A stretch of DNA of 64,000 nucleotides from an uncultured Armatimonadetes bacterium (lineage in GTDB: Bacteria > Armatimonadota > UBA5829 > DTJY01). The stretch is from contig OY970325.1 of NCBI GenBank assembly GCA_963717145.1, positions 4,352,001 to 4,416,000 on the forward strand. The letters are read 5' to 3'. Below are positions 38,290-48,285 of this stretch, in pieces; the stretch's first letter is position 1, and every line of letters starts with the position of its first letter. A program made the translations under genes and the position numbers. The notes beneath the pieces are model-generated. The model was not told the origin of the DNA. It worked only from the letters and a program-made list of their open reading frames with translations, and ran no database searches.

Positions 38290-38978
38290 GTGACCTTGTG
38301 GATGATCTCCCGCTGCAGAAAGCCCGGACCTCGAGCATACTGTCCTCCCTTGCTCGACATGCGAAATACGACCACCTGCTCGACGCCGAAGTTGTAAGGC
38401 GGGCACAGACAGGCGCGGAGGACGCCGCCGAGCACCTGTTGTACAAATATCGAAACCTCGTTCGCAACAAAGTCAGATCATACTTCCTGATCGGCGCGGA
38501 AAAGGAAGACCTCCTCCAGGTCGGCATGATAGGACTCTGGCAGGCGATGGTCGATTACCGCGCGGACAAGGCCATCTCTTTCCCCGCCTTTGCCCGAATT
38601 TGCATCCAGCGGCACATTATCACGGCAATAAAGACGGCTACCCGGCAGAAACAGATTCCGCTCAACACGTCTCTTTCGCTCGAGTCGCCCTCCGATGAGT
38701 CCAACTCCGAATGGACCCTTTCCGACATACTGACATCGGAGGACACCGTCGATCCTGAAGAACTGGTTCTCAGGAGAGAGGACTCGCAGCAACTCCACGA
38801 CATGCTTCAGCAGGTGCTGAGTGACTTCGAGTGGCGAGTGCTCTCCGGGTACAAAGTCGGCAAATCATATCGAGAGATCGCCACCGAACTGCAGTGCAAG
38901 ACCAAGTCGGTGGACAATGCACTCGCGCGGATCAAGCGCAAAGTATCCGGCACACCCTTCGACATGATCGAGCACTGA
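38286..38978 (+). CDS. sigH: RNA polymerase sigma factor, SigH type
   Basis: YFLIGAEKEDLLQ.GMIGL, TAIKTATRQKQIPLN, KSVDNAL.RIKRK. Confidence 0.92.
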   Translation: MSDLVDDLPLQKARTSSILSSLARHAKYDHLLDAEVVRRAQTGAEDAAEHLLYKYRNLVRNKVRSYFLIGAEKEDLLQVGMIGLWQAMVDYRADKAISFPAFARICIQRHIITAIKTATRQKQIPLNTSLSLESPSDESNSEWTLSDILTSEDTVDPEELVLRREDSQQLHDMLQQVLSDFEWRVLSGYKVGKSYREIATELQCKTKSVDNALARIKRKVSGTPFDMIEH

Positions 38979-39096
38979 CCGGTATCGTCCCCCTATGACA
39001 GCCGCGGGGAGGCCTTCAACGGCTCCCCGGTTGGGGCGGGCGTAGATGCCCCGCCACTATCTGATCGTCCCGACACTTTGCCAGGAGTCCGTCATC

Positions 39097-39627
39097 GTGA
39101 GCAAGAAACGCAGGCGCATCTTCAGAGAATTCGCCGAGACCACGCTGATGACCGTCGTGGTTTTCGTCTTTCTGATAACATTCGTGGTCCAGGGCTTCAG
39201 GGTCTACGGCAGTTGCATGGAGCCGAACCTGTTTACCGGCGAGCGGCTGCTTGGCAACAAGTTCGTTTACCGGTTTGAAGATCCGAGCCGTGGGGATGTC
39301 ATCGTATTTCGGTTCCCCCCGGATCCGCACAAGATCTTCATCAAGAGGATCGTCGGACTCCCAGGTGAGACCGTCGAGATACGAGAGGGCAAGGTCTACG
39401 TCAACGGCGATGTTCTCCACGAGCCGTACATGCGAAACGTCGCCCACGGCGATTTCCCGCCGCAGAGGATCCCGAAGGGGAACGTCTTCGTTCTCGGCGA
39501 CAATCGGGATTCCAGCAATGACAGCCGGTTCTGGGGAGACCTGCCCATCGAGAACATCCAGGCAAAGGCCTGGCTTCGTTACTGGCCGGTCGCGCGTACG
39601 ACCGTCTTCAGTGCGCCCTGGCGTTGA
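39097..39627 (+). CDS. lepB: Signal peptidase I
   Basis: GSCMEP, FIKRIVGLPGE, LGDNR.SSNDSRFWG. Confidence 0.9.
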   Translation: MSKKRRRIFREFAETTLMTVVVFVFLITFVVQGFRVYGSCMEPNLFTGERLLGNKFVYRFEDPSRGDVIVFRFPPDPHKIFIKRIVGLPGETVEIREGKVYVNGDVLHEPYMRNVAHGDFPPQRIPKGNVFVLGDNRDSSNDSRFWGDLPIENIQAKAWLRYWPVARTTVFSAPWR

Positions 39628-39656
39628 TTGTCCCGGTCAGGAGGGCGAAACCTGAG

Positions 39657-40748
39657 ATGTCTACCATCAGCACCGCGGCCATCCGACTGCAGCAGGAAGA
39701 CCTGGAGCGGCTGAACCTCTCCCCCTGCGCGGCTCTGAGCGCCGAGTCGCGGGGCAGGATGCGCCCGGAAGACAAGTGTCCGATCCGCACCGACTTCCAA
39801 TGTGACAGGGATCGCATCGTGCACTCCAAGGCGTTCAGGCGGCTCAAGCACAAGACGCAGGTCTTCATCGACCCCGAGGAGGACCACTATCGCACCCGCC
39901 TGACGCATACCCTCGAAGTCGCCCAGATCGCGCGCACGGTCGCCCGCGCTCTGAGACTCAATGAGGACCTCACTGAGGCGATCGCCCTCGGACATGACCT
40001 CGGACACACCCCGTTTGGGCACTCAGGCGAGCGGGCACTCGATGAAGTCTACGCCGAGTACGTCCCCGGCGCATCCTTTCGGCACAACGAGCAGAGCCTA
40101 CGGGTCGTCGATTTCCTCGAGCGAGACGGTCGGGGACTGAACCTCACGTGGGAAGTGCGAGACGGTATACTCCACCACTCCAAGGGCAGCGACGACATCG
40201 ATTTCGCCACCCGTGATCGGGAGGTTGGGGAGGGTGAGATCAGCCATACCCTGGAGGGCCGGATAGTTCGCATCTCCGACCGTATCGCCTACATCAATCA
40301 CGACATCGACGATTCCATCCGCGCCGGAGTCCTGCGCGAAGAGGATCTGCCTCAGGACTGCGTGGAGGTTCTCGGGCGCAGGCACTCCGAGCGGATAGCC
40401 ACAATGGTCGCGGACCTGGTCGAGAACAGCCAGGGGAGGCCTGAGCTGAGTATGAGCCGAGAGACGATCGAAGCGATGGACGCGCTGAAGGACTTCCTCT
40501 TCCGGCACGTATACAGCCTCGACAGCCGCCGGTTGGCGGAACTCGATAAGGCGGAGCGCCTCGTCAAGGAGCTTTTTCGCTACTACATGGCCGAGCCAGG
40601 GCACTTGCCGGCCTGGCGGACCGCTGAACTGAACGATACCCCGGGCAGGGCACGCGCTGTATGCGATTTCATTGCCGGCATGACCGATCGCTATGCCGAG
40701 CAGCGCTACGCGGAGTACTTTATGCCGGAGAACTGGCCTTCGTTCTAG
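39657..40748 (+). CDS. dgt: Deoxyguanosinetriphosphate triphosphohydrolase-like HD protein
   Basis: RDRIVHSKAFRRLKHKTQVF, RTRLTHTLEV, HDLGHTPFGH. Confidence 0.95.
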   Translation: MSTISTAAIRLQQEDLERLNLSPCAALSAESRGRMRPEDKCPIRTDFQCDRDRIVHSKAFRRLKHKTQVFIDPEEDHYRTRLTHTLEVAQIARTVARALRLNEDLTEAIALGHDLGHTPFGHSGERALDEVYAEYVPGASFRHNEQSLRVVDFLERDGRGLNLTWEVRDGILHHSKGSDDIDFATRDREVGEGEISHTLEGRIVRISDRIAYINHDIDDSIRAGVLREEDLPQDCVEVLGRRHSERIATMVADLVENSQGRPELSMSRETIEAMDALKDFLFRHVYSLDSRRLAELDKAERLVKELFRYYMAEPGHLPAWRTAELNDTPGRARAVCDFIAGMTDRYAEQRYAEYFMPENWPSF

Positions 40749-40908
40749 GCAGCGAGGAGGTGGATCTACCTGTGAGCCGCCATTTGCAGAACTTCGCCGC
40801 TGTGGTATAATGGGCACGGATCCACGACAGTGATCTCTCCCGTCCACTCGGACCATGGAGTGTACTGCCGATTGCTGTTCCCCAAACTGATCTATGGAGG
40901 TGGATGTC

Positions 40909-41280
40909 ATGAATGTCAAGCCGATGATCAAGTGCAACTGCGGCCAGCGAGTCGTCGCCAAGGATGTCATGCAGACCGGCTACTACCTGCGACTCTTCGG
41001 GCCCAGTTTCGTATATGTTAAGTTTAGATGTTCCCGCTGCAAGAAGCTCGGCGAGCAATTCGTCAAGCAGGATGAATGGGAGGACGGCATACTCAAGGAC
41101 CGCCCTTCCGAAGTGAACACCGACGAGCAGCACCGATTCCGGGCCATGGGCGGCATCGACGTCCACGAAGCTATCGACTTCCACTTCGCACTCGACGAGG
41201 GCAAGGCGCTCTCGAAGCTTGCGGAGTTCATGGAGTTCGACAGATCAAACGCAGCCGAGGCTGATACGGAAGCAAAGTAG
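40909..41280 (+). CDS. Hypothetical Zn-ribbon-like protein
   Basis: C-x-C..C-x2-C; own -10 TATAAT at 40806; followed by a terminator. Confidence 0.7.
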   Translation: MNVKPMIKCNCGQRVVAKDVMQTGYYLRLFGPSFVYVKFRCSRCKKLGEQFVKQDEWEDGILKDRPSEVNTDEQHRFRAMGGIDVHEAIDFHFALDEGKALSKLAEFMEFDRSNAAEADTEAK

Positions 41281-41300
41281 CAGGCGGCTCAGCAGATTTC

Positions 41301-41346
41301 CGCACGAGAGGCCCGGGGAACGCATCCCCGGGCCTCTCGTGCGTTT
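41301..41346 (+). terminator. Intrinsic terminator
   Basis: cgcacgagaggcccgggga / tccccgggcctctcgtgcg then ttt. Confidence 0.75.
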
Positions 41347-41402
41347 ACACCGATGATGCCTTGTGATAGAATGCTCGTGGAGAGAGCATTCGGAGTGGAG
41401 CT

Positions 41403-42095
41403 TTGATCCCTTTACGTGATGAGAATCCTACCCGCACCGTTCCATATGTAGTCTTTGCGCTGATCATCGTCAACGCCATCGTCTTCGTCTACAATGGAAC
41501 GCTCGCCCCCGGGGCGCATAACCCGCTGGCGGGATTCGAACTTGTGCCGTCTGAACTGACGACGGGCCGGAATGTCGGGGTATCGACTTCGGTGCCGTTC
41601 TGGATGACGATCTTCACCTCGATGTTCCTGCATGCGAACTTGCTGCATATCGGTGGCAACATGCTCTATCTGTGGATCTTTGGCAACAACATCGAGGACC
41701 GGTTGGGGCATTTCAAATTCACGCTGTTCTATCTGGCCTGCGGGTTGGCGGCCGCTCTGGGCCAAGTGATGATGGACCCGGATTCCACCGTGCCGATGGT
41801 CGGTGCGAGCGGCGCGATCGCAGGGGTACTGGGTGCGTATCTCATGCTCTTTCCGGGGGCGAGGATCATCAATCTGGTGTTCCTTTTCTTCTTTATTCAG
41901 GTCGTCGCGCTGCCCGCCTACATTGTGCTCGGCTTCTGGTTCGCGCTGCAATTGCTCAACGGGCTCGTTTTCGGCAGCGGGATGACGCCGGGCGGCGGGA
42001 TCGCATATGCGGCGCACGTCGGCGGGTTCCTCGCCGGTGTGGTCGCGATATATCTGTTCGGCGGGAAGTCGCACCGGCGAATGGGCAATGGTTGA
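41403..42095 (+). CDS. Rhomboid intramembrane serine protease
   Basis: MFLH..HIGGNM, GASGAI, AHVGG. Confidence 0.93.
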   Translation: MIPLRDENPTRTVPYVVFALIIVNAIVFVYNGTLAPGAHNPLAGFELVPSELTTGRNVGVSTSVPFWMTIFTSMFLHANLLHIGGNMLYLWIFGNNIEDRLGHFKFTLFYLACGLAAALGQVMMDPDSTVPMVGASGAIAGVLGAYLMLFPGARIINLVFLFFFIQVVALPAYIVLGFWFALQLLNGLVFGSGMTPGGGIAYAAHVGGFLAGVVAIYLFGGKSHRRMGNG

Positions 42096-42159
42096 TGGTT
42101 AATGGTGGATACGATTCCTTTCCCCATAAACCATCAACCATTCCCCATCAACCATTCCC
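42088..42159. repeat. Heptamer ATGGTTG tandem run with inverted counterpart; also at 49768-49864 and 55967-56000
   Basis: atggttgatggttaatgg...ccataaaccatcaaccatt. Confidence 0.8.
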
Positions 42160-42173
42160 ACTGGGGGTACACA

Positions 42174-44114
42174 TTGACTAAGAGAAACTGGCTGCTATGG
42201 CTCCTACTGCTGCCGGGGCTCATTTCGGCGTTCCTCCTGGCAGGCAACAGGTACAGGCTCGAATCGCGCAACAAGGCCGTCGAACTCGCGCTCGACTACG
42301 GCGAACTGCAGAGCCTGTCCGCATCGTCCGGAACCCCGGTGCCGGCGCTGCTCCAGCAGTTCCAGGCCGTTGGAGTGACGAGCGTCGCCGTCACCGAGAC
42401 TCTACTCGGCGATCTGGTTTCGACCGGCCAGGTTTCGTATCAGGGAGTATCATCTCTGAGCGGTCCGGTCACGATCGTGTATGTCCCGGATGCCCCGCTG
42501 TCGGAGCGGGTGTTTCGTTCTCTCGTCGAGCGTCTCGGGACCGATAAGTTCACCCTCGGCAATAGACCGAGCGATAGGTCTGTTCCCAGCGTGCAGGTGT
42601 CCGTCGCGCCCGCGACGCTCAATCTTATGGGGATCGGGCTCCCGCCTGACGAGGTCGCGGTCGTGAAGCATTCCGGCCTGCAGGTCGTCGCGCGCCTGCA
42701 GAACAATCCGGCGATGACGAACAGGGCGATCGGCGCCGCCATTTCGGAGATGCAGCGTGTCGGCATCCGCGAACTGATCTGTTCGGGCGATTCGGTGCTC
42801 GGATTCCGGGGGCTCGTCGAATCGGCGGCGGATCAGATCAAGTCCGCCGGGCTGGTATACGGCTCGGTAGAGTTCGCGAAACAGAAGGGCGATTCGGGAA
42901 TGTGTCGCTACCTTGGCGGGCGGTTTGTCCGGGTCCACAGCATACCGAACGCCGAGATGGCCACGATGGATCCGGTCGACGCCGTCGAGCGCTTCGCTCG
43001 CGGGGTGAAAGAGCGCAATATCCGGCTGTGTTACATCAGGCTCTTCGAGTCCGCCGGTGAAGACCCGATCAGTGTCAACAGGTCATTCGTGTACAACATT
43101 CGTCGCTCGGTGACGAGCGCAGGCTATACACTCGGCCCGGCGCACCCATTCGACGACACGAAGCAGTCGCCCGTGCTGCTGGGCCTGATCGCGCTCTCGG
43201 CGGCGGCGGGGCTTGCGCTTCTCCTTGGTTCGCTCGTTACTGTTTCGGCAGCCGTGCAGTTCGGGCTGCTCTTGCTTGCGTTCCTGGCGTTCACGGGCCT
43301 CACCTTCACGGCTGACTTTGGGAAGCAACTGACGGCGCTGGCAATCGCGATCACATTCCCGTCGCTGGGGATCATCCGAGTGTACGGCCCTTATTTCGGG
43401 CATGAGATCAAGGGCTCATACATACATCCCGCGCTCAGATCGACATCGAGGTTCCTGCGCGCCTCGGCATACTCGCTCACCGGGGCGATTATGATCGCCG
43501 GAATGCTCGGCACGCGGGCCTACATGATCAAGAACGAGCAGTTCGTCGGCATCAAGGCAGCTCACCTTCTTCCGCTCTTGACGGTGGTCTTCGTTATGGC
43601 CGCCGGACTCCCGCTCATGAACGAGTTGCTGCCAACCGTCTGGAAAAGGATCCGAACGAACCTGAGGGAGATCGTCGCGGGCCCGCTCTTCATCTGGCAG
43701 GCGATCGCGGTGGTGTTCGTGATCGGGATCATCGGGTTTGCGCTGATGAGGACCGGCAACGACCCCGGTGTGGGAGTCAGCGTCTTCGAGCTGAAGTTCC
43801 GCGCGATCCTCGACAGGATCATGGTCGTAAGGCCCAGGACAAAGGAGTTCCTGATCGGTCACCCGGCTCTGATCCTCGGCGCGGCATTCCTTTTCGCGCG
43901 GCGCAGATCGATCGGCTTGCCCCTGGTCGCTCTCGGAGTGCTCGGCCAGGTCTCTATGCTGAACACTTTCTGCCATATCCATACGCCATTGCTACTGACC
44001 GCATTCCGTGCGTTCAACGGACTGATTCTCGGCATGGTTATCGGTCTGGCCGCCTGGTGGTTTATTGGCAGACCGATCGTGCGCGCTACCGCAGAAAGAG
44101 CGGACGAGAAGTAA
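42174..44114 (+). CDS. DUF5693-family membrane protein (csaB-associated)
   Basis: NKAVELALD, ERNIR..Y, F.GIK, R.GN, RPRTKEFLIGHP, NTFCHIHTP. Confidence 0.8.
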   Translation: MTKRNWLLWLLLLPGLISAFLLAGNRYRLESRNKAVELALDYGELQSLSASSGTPVPALLQQFQAVGVTSVAVTETLLGDLVSTGQVSYQGVSSLSGPVTIVYVPDAPLSERVFRSLVERLGTDKFTLGNRPSDRSVPSVQVSVAPATLNLMGIGLPPDEVAVVKHSGLQVVARLQNNPAMTNRAIGAAISEMQRVGIRELICSGDSVLGFRGLVESAADQIKSAGLVYGSVEFAKQKGDSGMCRYLGGRFVRVHSIPNAEMATMDPVDAVERFARGVKERNIRLCYIRLFESAGEDPISVNRSFVYNIRRSVTSAGYTLGPAHPFDDTKQSPVLLGLIALSAAAGLALLLGSLVTVSAAVQFGLLLLAFLAFTGLTFTADFGKQLTALAIAITFPSLGIIRVYGPYFGHEIKGSYIHPALRSTSRFLRASAYSLTGAIMIAGMLGTRAYMIKNEQFVGIKAAHLLPLLTVVFVMAAGLPLMNELLPTVWKRIRTNLREIVAGPLFIWQAIAVVFVIGIIGFALMRTGNDPGVGVSVFELKFRAILDRIMVVRPRTKEFLIGHPALILGAAFLFARRRSIGLPLVALGVLGQVSMLNTFCHIHTPLLLTAFRAFNGLILGMVIGLAAWWFIGRPIVRATAERADEK

Positions 44115-44117
44115 CTT

Positions 44118-45224
44118 TTGACGGCCCCCAAACGTATATTAATTGCAGGGTACTACGGATTTTCGAACACCGGTGACGAGGCTGTTCTGGCCTCGATTGT
44201 CTCCGGGCTTCGACGGCAGGCGGGCGACGACCTCGATATCGCGGTCCTCTCCGCGCGGCCCGAGGAGACTGCTCGTACCCATGGCGTCAGGTCCGTCGGG
44301 CGGATGGATCTTCGCCGCGTGAGAGAGAGCATCCGTGGGTGCGATCTGTTCATCAGCGGAGGTGGAAGCCTCCTTCAGGACGCGACCAGCTTCAAGTCGC
44401 TCGTGTACTATCTTGCTCTGATCGAGATGGCCGAGCGAGCAGGCCGGGAAGTGATGGTCCTGGGGCAGGGGATCGGCCCGCTTCGACGGGGTATCTCTCG
44501 CATACTGACCCGCCGAGCGCTGGACAGAGTGTCGCTCATCACCGTGAGAGACGACGAGTCGGCGGACCTCCTGGCGCAGATCGGGGTCAGGCGTCCGAGG
44601 ATAGAGGTCACGGCGGATCCGACATTCACCCTGCGTCCGTGTCCTGTTGAGGAGGCGCACCGGCTGCTGGCCGAGGCAGGCGTCGTTCCGGATGAGGATA
44701 TCGTTGCGGTGTCGCTCAGGGAGTGGCCGGAATCGCCGGAGATCGAGTCCGCCGCCATCGACGCGCTCGCCGATCTTGCGAACCGGCTCCCGGCGAGGCT
44801 GCTGCTCATTCCGATGCAGATGCCGGGCGATGTCGAGATGGCTCGCAGGATCCGGCGTGCGATCGGCGAACGGATCGCGGTCCTGCCCGATGGATGCTCT
44901 CCCGAGCAAGTGATGGGAGCGGTGTCCGTATGCGGAATGGTTGTGGCGATGCGCCTGCACGCGCTGATCTTCGCGGCGTCAGCGGGCATACCGGCGCTGG
45001 GGATCAGTTACGATCCCAAGGTAACGAGTTTCATCGCGGCGGTGGGCCAGGACGGCATCTCTCTGAGAGAGGTGACATCCGGCCTGCTGGTAGACCGTGT
45101 GATCGAATCATGGAACCGGCGGTCTGATCTCGCCGTCCGACTAACTGAGCGAGTCCCGAAGCTGCGGGAGCTTGCCGAGCGGAATTTCCGCTTGGCCGCC
45201 GAGTTGCTGGCCGGAAGACTCTAG
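44118..45224 (+). CDS. csaB: Polysaccharide pyruvyl transferase
   Basis: GYYGF.NTGDEA, SGGGSLLQD.TS, QGIGP, MRLHALI, SYDPKV. Confidence 0.92.
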   Translation: MTAPKRILIAGYYGFSNTGDEAVLASIVSGLRRQAGDDLDIAVLSARPEETARTHGVRSVGRMDLRRVRESIRGCDLFISGGGSLLQDATSFKSLVYYLALIEMAERAGREVMVLGQGIGPLRRGISRILTRRALDRVSLITVRDDESADLLAQIGVRRPRIEVTADPTFTLRPCPVEEAHRLLAEAGVVPDEDIVAVSLREWPESPEIESAAIDALADLANRLPARLLLIPMQMPGDVEMARRIRRAIGERIAVLPDGCSPEQVMGAVSVCGMVVAMRLHALIFAASAGIPALGISYDPKVTSFIAAVGQDGISLREVTSGLLVDRVIESWNRRSDLAVRLTERVPKLRELAERNFRLAAELLAGRL

Positions 45225-45295
45225 ACTCTCGACTTTGACCCCCCGGATACCGCCTCGCCCGGCGGATACTCTCGCAGAAAGGGTGTAGCCATACT

Positions 45296-46750
45296 ATGAA
45301 AAGAACATACCGCATTCCGATCCTCCTGGCAGCAATCGTCATTATCGCTGCTCTCATCCAGGGCTGTGGCGGAGGAAGCAGCAAGAGCAGCGCCGTTCAC
45401 GGCACTGTCGCCGACCTCGATCGCAATGTCGTAATCGACGCAGACGTCTGGATCGGCTCTCATCATGCCCGGAGCCTCGTCACAGGCGCCTTCGGCATTG
45501 AAAACGTCCCGAGTGGGTGGCAGACGATCCACGCCAGAGCGACCGTCGATGGCAGGCAGTGGGAAGGCAGCACGGCAGTCGAGGTGCTCAAGAACGAGCC
45601 GACGATGAATGCCAACATCGTGCTCGCGCCCGCCGCCGACCTGACTACGATAACGGGCACTGTCACCGCCGGTGGCAGGAGGATCTCGGGCGCGAGAGTC
45701 CTGGTCACCACTCGCATCCTGCTGCCGTCCGGATCATCCAGTCAGGATGGCGCTTACGGCTCGATCGTGGCAGTGACGGACGGCCGTGGGGACTACCGCC
45801 TGGAGGACGTCCCGATGGGCCGGAGCGCGGTTATCAGCGCCTCCAACGCAGGCTTCGACAATGACGAAGTGCAGGTGGATGAGATCACCGATGGCATGTC
45901 CATCGATTTCAACTTGATCGCCTCAACCCAGCAGATTCCGGATGCGCCGGAACTCACCGGTGTAGAGTCATGGACGATGCCGAACCCGCTCGTCAGATCG
46001 TTCTCGACGCAGGCGACCCAGGGCAATCCTTATGACGCCGTCAAGGCATTCACCTCGAAGAAGTTCCGGGCGTCGCTCCAGAATCGCAAGACATCAGCCG
46101 CCGCCGCTCCGATGGCGGTCCGGGCCGTTTCGTCCGGCTCGCTGATCGAGATCGATCTCTACTGGAACGCTCTCGACGTGAACCTCTCCAGGGACATCGC
46201 GGGCTACGGCATCTACCGCAGCGTCGGTTCCGCCGATTTCTTCGCGATAGACTGGGTACGCGATCCATACGCCAACTTCTACGGCGATATGGGCGGGGAG
46301 ATCGAGCCAGGCGTCAACTACGACTACAGCGTGTCGGCGGTGAACCTCGATTTCCTGGATAAGCCGGTCAATCAGACGGAGAGCAACTGGAGCAATGTGC
46401 TGGGCGTGACTCCGCTGGGGAGCCTTCAGGCCCAGAACCCGTCGAATGATGCTTCCGTCGGCGGAAACCCGATCTTCACCTGGCAGCCCGTTTCGAGAGC
46501 GGATTCGTACTCCGTGTACGTGTACGCGGAATTCCCGACCATCCCGCTCGATCCGGGCGGCGACTACGGCGGCAGTCCGCCCTCATACGGCGTATTCCCG
46601 ATCTGGACCTCGGACTGGGAGGACGTCGACTCGGTTCAGTACGCCGGCCCCGCACTCAGTGCGGGTCACAGGTACTACTGGATCGTGACCGGGCAGGATA
46701 CGTCGCAGAGCGCGTATTCGTACAGCGAACTCCGATCGTTCACGAGATAG
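45296..46750 (+). CDS. Lipoprotein with carboxypeptidase-regulatory-like and FnIII-like domains
   Basis: Lipobox LIQGC; VTDGRGDYRL; YDYSVSAVN. Confidence 0.75.
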   Translation: MKRTYRIPILLAAIVIIAALIQGCGGGSSKSSAVHGTVADLDRNVVIDADVWIGSHHARSLVTGAFGIENVPSGWQTIHARATVDGRQWEGSTAVEVLKNEPTMNANIVLAPAADLTTITGTVTAGGRRISGARVLVTTRILLPSGSSSQDGAYGSIVAVTDGRGDYRLEDVPMGRSAVISASNAGFDNDEVQVDEITDGMSIDFNLIASTQQIPDAPELTGVESWTMPNPLVRSFSTQATQGNPYDAVKAFTSKKFRASLQNRKTSAAAAPMAVRAVSSGSLIEIDLYWNALDVNLSRDIAGYGIYRSVGSADFFAIDWVRDPYANFYGDMGGEIEPGVNYDYSVSAVNLDFLDKPVNQTESNWSNVLGVTPLGSLQAQNPSNDASVGGNPIFTWQPVSRADSYSVYVYAEFPTIPLDPGGDYGGSPPSYGVFPIWTSDWEDVDSVQYAGPALSAGHRYYWIVTGQDTSQSAYSYSELRSFTR

Positions 46751-47314
46751 ATGTTGAAGCGTTTGGTTCCACTGCTAACGGTTGTCGTTCTGGTTGCAGG
46801 GCTTCTCTGGTCGTTCATGTACCTGAGAGCCCTGCATCCGTTCGGCTCGGCCGTCACCGATCTGGGCGACGAGCGCCTGCAGAACGTCGGACTGGTGTTC
46901 GACAGGGCGACTCTCGTCGGCTGGTCGAACCACAGTAAGGCTTGGCAGATTCACGCAAAGGCGGTCGAGGTGAGCCGTGACCGCCGGCTTGCGACATTTC
47001 GAGGGGTCACCGACAGTTACCTCATGAGCAAGGGCGAGCGGCTTGCATCCATCACGGCGAGTGAGGCTGTCTATAATACCATCACACGTAACGTCTCGCT
47101 GCCCGGAGCAGTGAAGTTGAGCGTCAAGGATGGGCCGGTGCTCAAGACGAAGAACATGTTCTGGGACGCCGCCCGATCGAGGCTCGCATGCTCCGGCGGG
47201 GTCATGGCGACGATGGATGGCAGCTCATTCCAGGGCGACAGTATGGTGGCGAACCTGGACAACAGGGAGCTGACCGTCACCAGGGTTCGAGGCGTCATCC
47301 GCATCCCGGAGTGA
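46751..47314 (+). CDS. LptC-like protein
   Basis: Single N-terminal TM, beta-jellyroll-like WQIHAK..; precedes the LptA-like gene. Confidence 0.6.
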   Translation: MLKRLVPLLTVVVLVAGLLWSFMYLRALHPFGSAVTDLGDERLQNVGLVFDRATLVGWSNHSKAWQIHAKAVEVSRDRRLATFRGVTDSYLMSKGERLASITASEAVYNTITRNVSLPGAVKLSVKDGPVLKTKNMFWDAARSRLACSGGVMATMDGSSFQGDSMVANLDNRELTVTRVRGVIRIPE

Positions 47315-47327
47315 CCGGAGGACAGCA

Positions 47328-48116
47328 GTGCACGGAATGGTTGAGAAGTTGAGACCCATGAGGCTTGCGGTTGTGCCGGCATTGGCGGCGCTTCTGCTCG
47401 CGGCGGTCGTGGTTGTCGCCCAGCAGGCTGAGAAGCCGCCCGCCGAGGTGAAGTACACCGAGATCAAGTACTCCGCCGATACCTCCTCATACCGCTGGGA
47501 CGGCGAGGACCGTATCATCGCGCTCAAGGGGAATGTGAAATTCGTCCAGGGCGACACGACCGTCACCGCGGACAAGGCCGATTACCGCGAAAGCACCAAG
47601 ACCGCTCAGGTGTCCGGTAACCTCAAGATCACCGACCCGCAGACCGATGCGACCGGCGAGCTGTGCACTGTGAACTTCCAGGACAAGAAGGCCATGCTGA
47701 CCGGGAAGGTACACATGACCGCGCGGCCGAAGCTCAAGCCCAAGCCGGAGAATCCCGCCGCCAACAACAAGCCGAAGCCGGTCAGCGCCGAGTGGAAGGA
47801 CGAAGTCGTGGTGACCTGCGACAAGATCGAGTACTTCTACAAGGAGAAGCGCGCGGAGGCGACAGGGACTCTGAAGATCGTCCAGAAGAACAGGATCATC
47901 ACCGCCGATGCGGGCACGTATCTCGGCAAGGAAGAGATCGTGAAGCTCACCGGCAACATCCAGGCAAAGGATGAGAAGGAGAAGCACACCTTCTCAGCGC
48001 CGAAAGTCACCGTCTCTCTCAAGCAGGACGACGAATGGGTCGAGGCCGAGAAGGCGACCGGCACGTTTTACATCAAGGACGAAGAGTCCCCGGCTGAGGG
48101 AACGAGCAAGCAGTAA
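47328..48116 (+). CDS. LptA/OstA-like periplasmic protein
   Basis: Repeated GNV.F.QG..TADKA.Y and GNL.I/GNI.A OstA-type strands. Confidence 0.75.
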   Translation: MHGMVEKLRPMRLAVVPALAALLLAAVVVVAQQAEKPPAEVKYTEIKYSADTSSYRWDGEDRIIALKGNVKFVQGDTTVTADKADYRESTKTAQVSGNLKITDPQTDATGELCTVNFQDKKAMLTGKVHMTARPKLKPKPENPAANNKPKPVSAEWKDEVVVTCDKIEYFYKEKRAEATGTLKIVQKNRIITADAGTYLGKEEIVKLTGNIQAKDEKEKHTFSAPKVTVSLKQDDEWVEAEKATGTFYIKDEESPAEGTSKQ

Positions 48117-48140
48117 ACGGTCAAGCCCCCTCCACCTACT

Positions 48141-48284
48141 GAACACGACGATGATGCTTCGGTAGCAGAGCGAAGTGGCGCTGCCGAAGCGGATGTACCA
48201 GCGTGTGGCTTCGGCAGCGCCACTTCGCTCTGCTACCGAAGCATCGCGCTCTCCAGTCGAGACCACTAGATGCGTTCGCCCTGA
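48141..48284. repeat. Unexpanded relative of the 25245-25851 element
   Basis: gatgcttcggtagcagag..gcgctgccgaagc, its inverted copy, then tagatgcgttcgccctga. Confidence 0.9.
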
Positions 48285-48285
48285 C

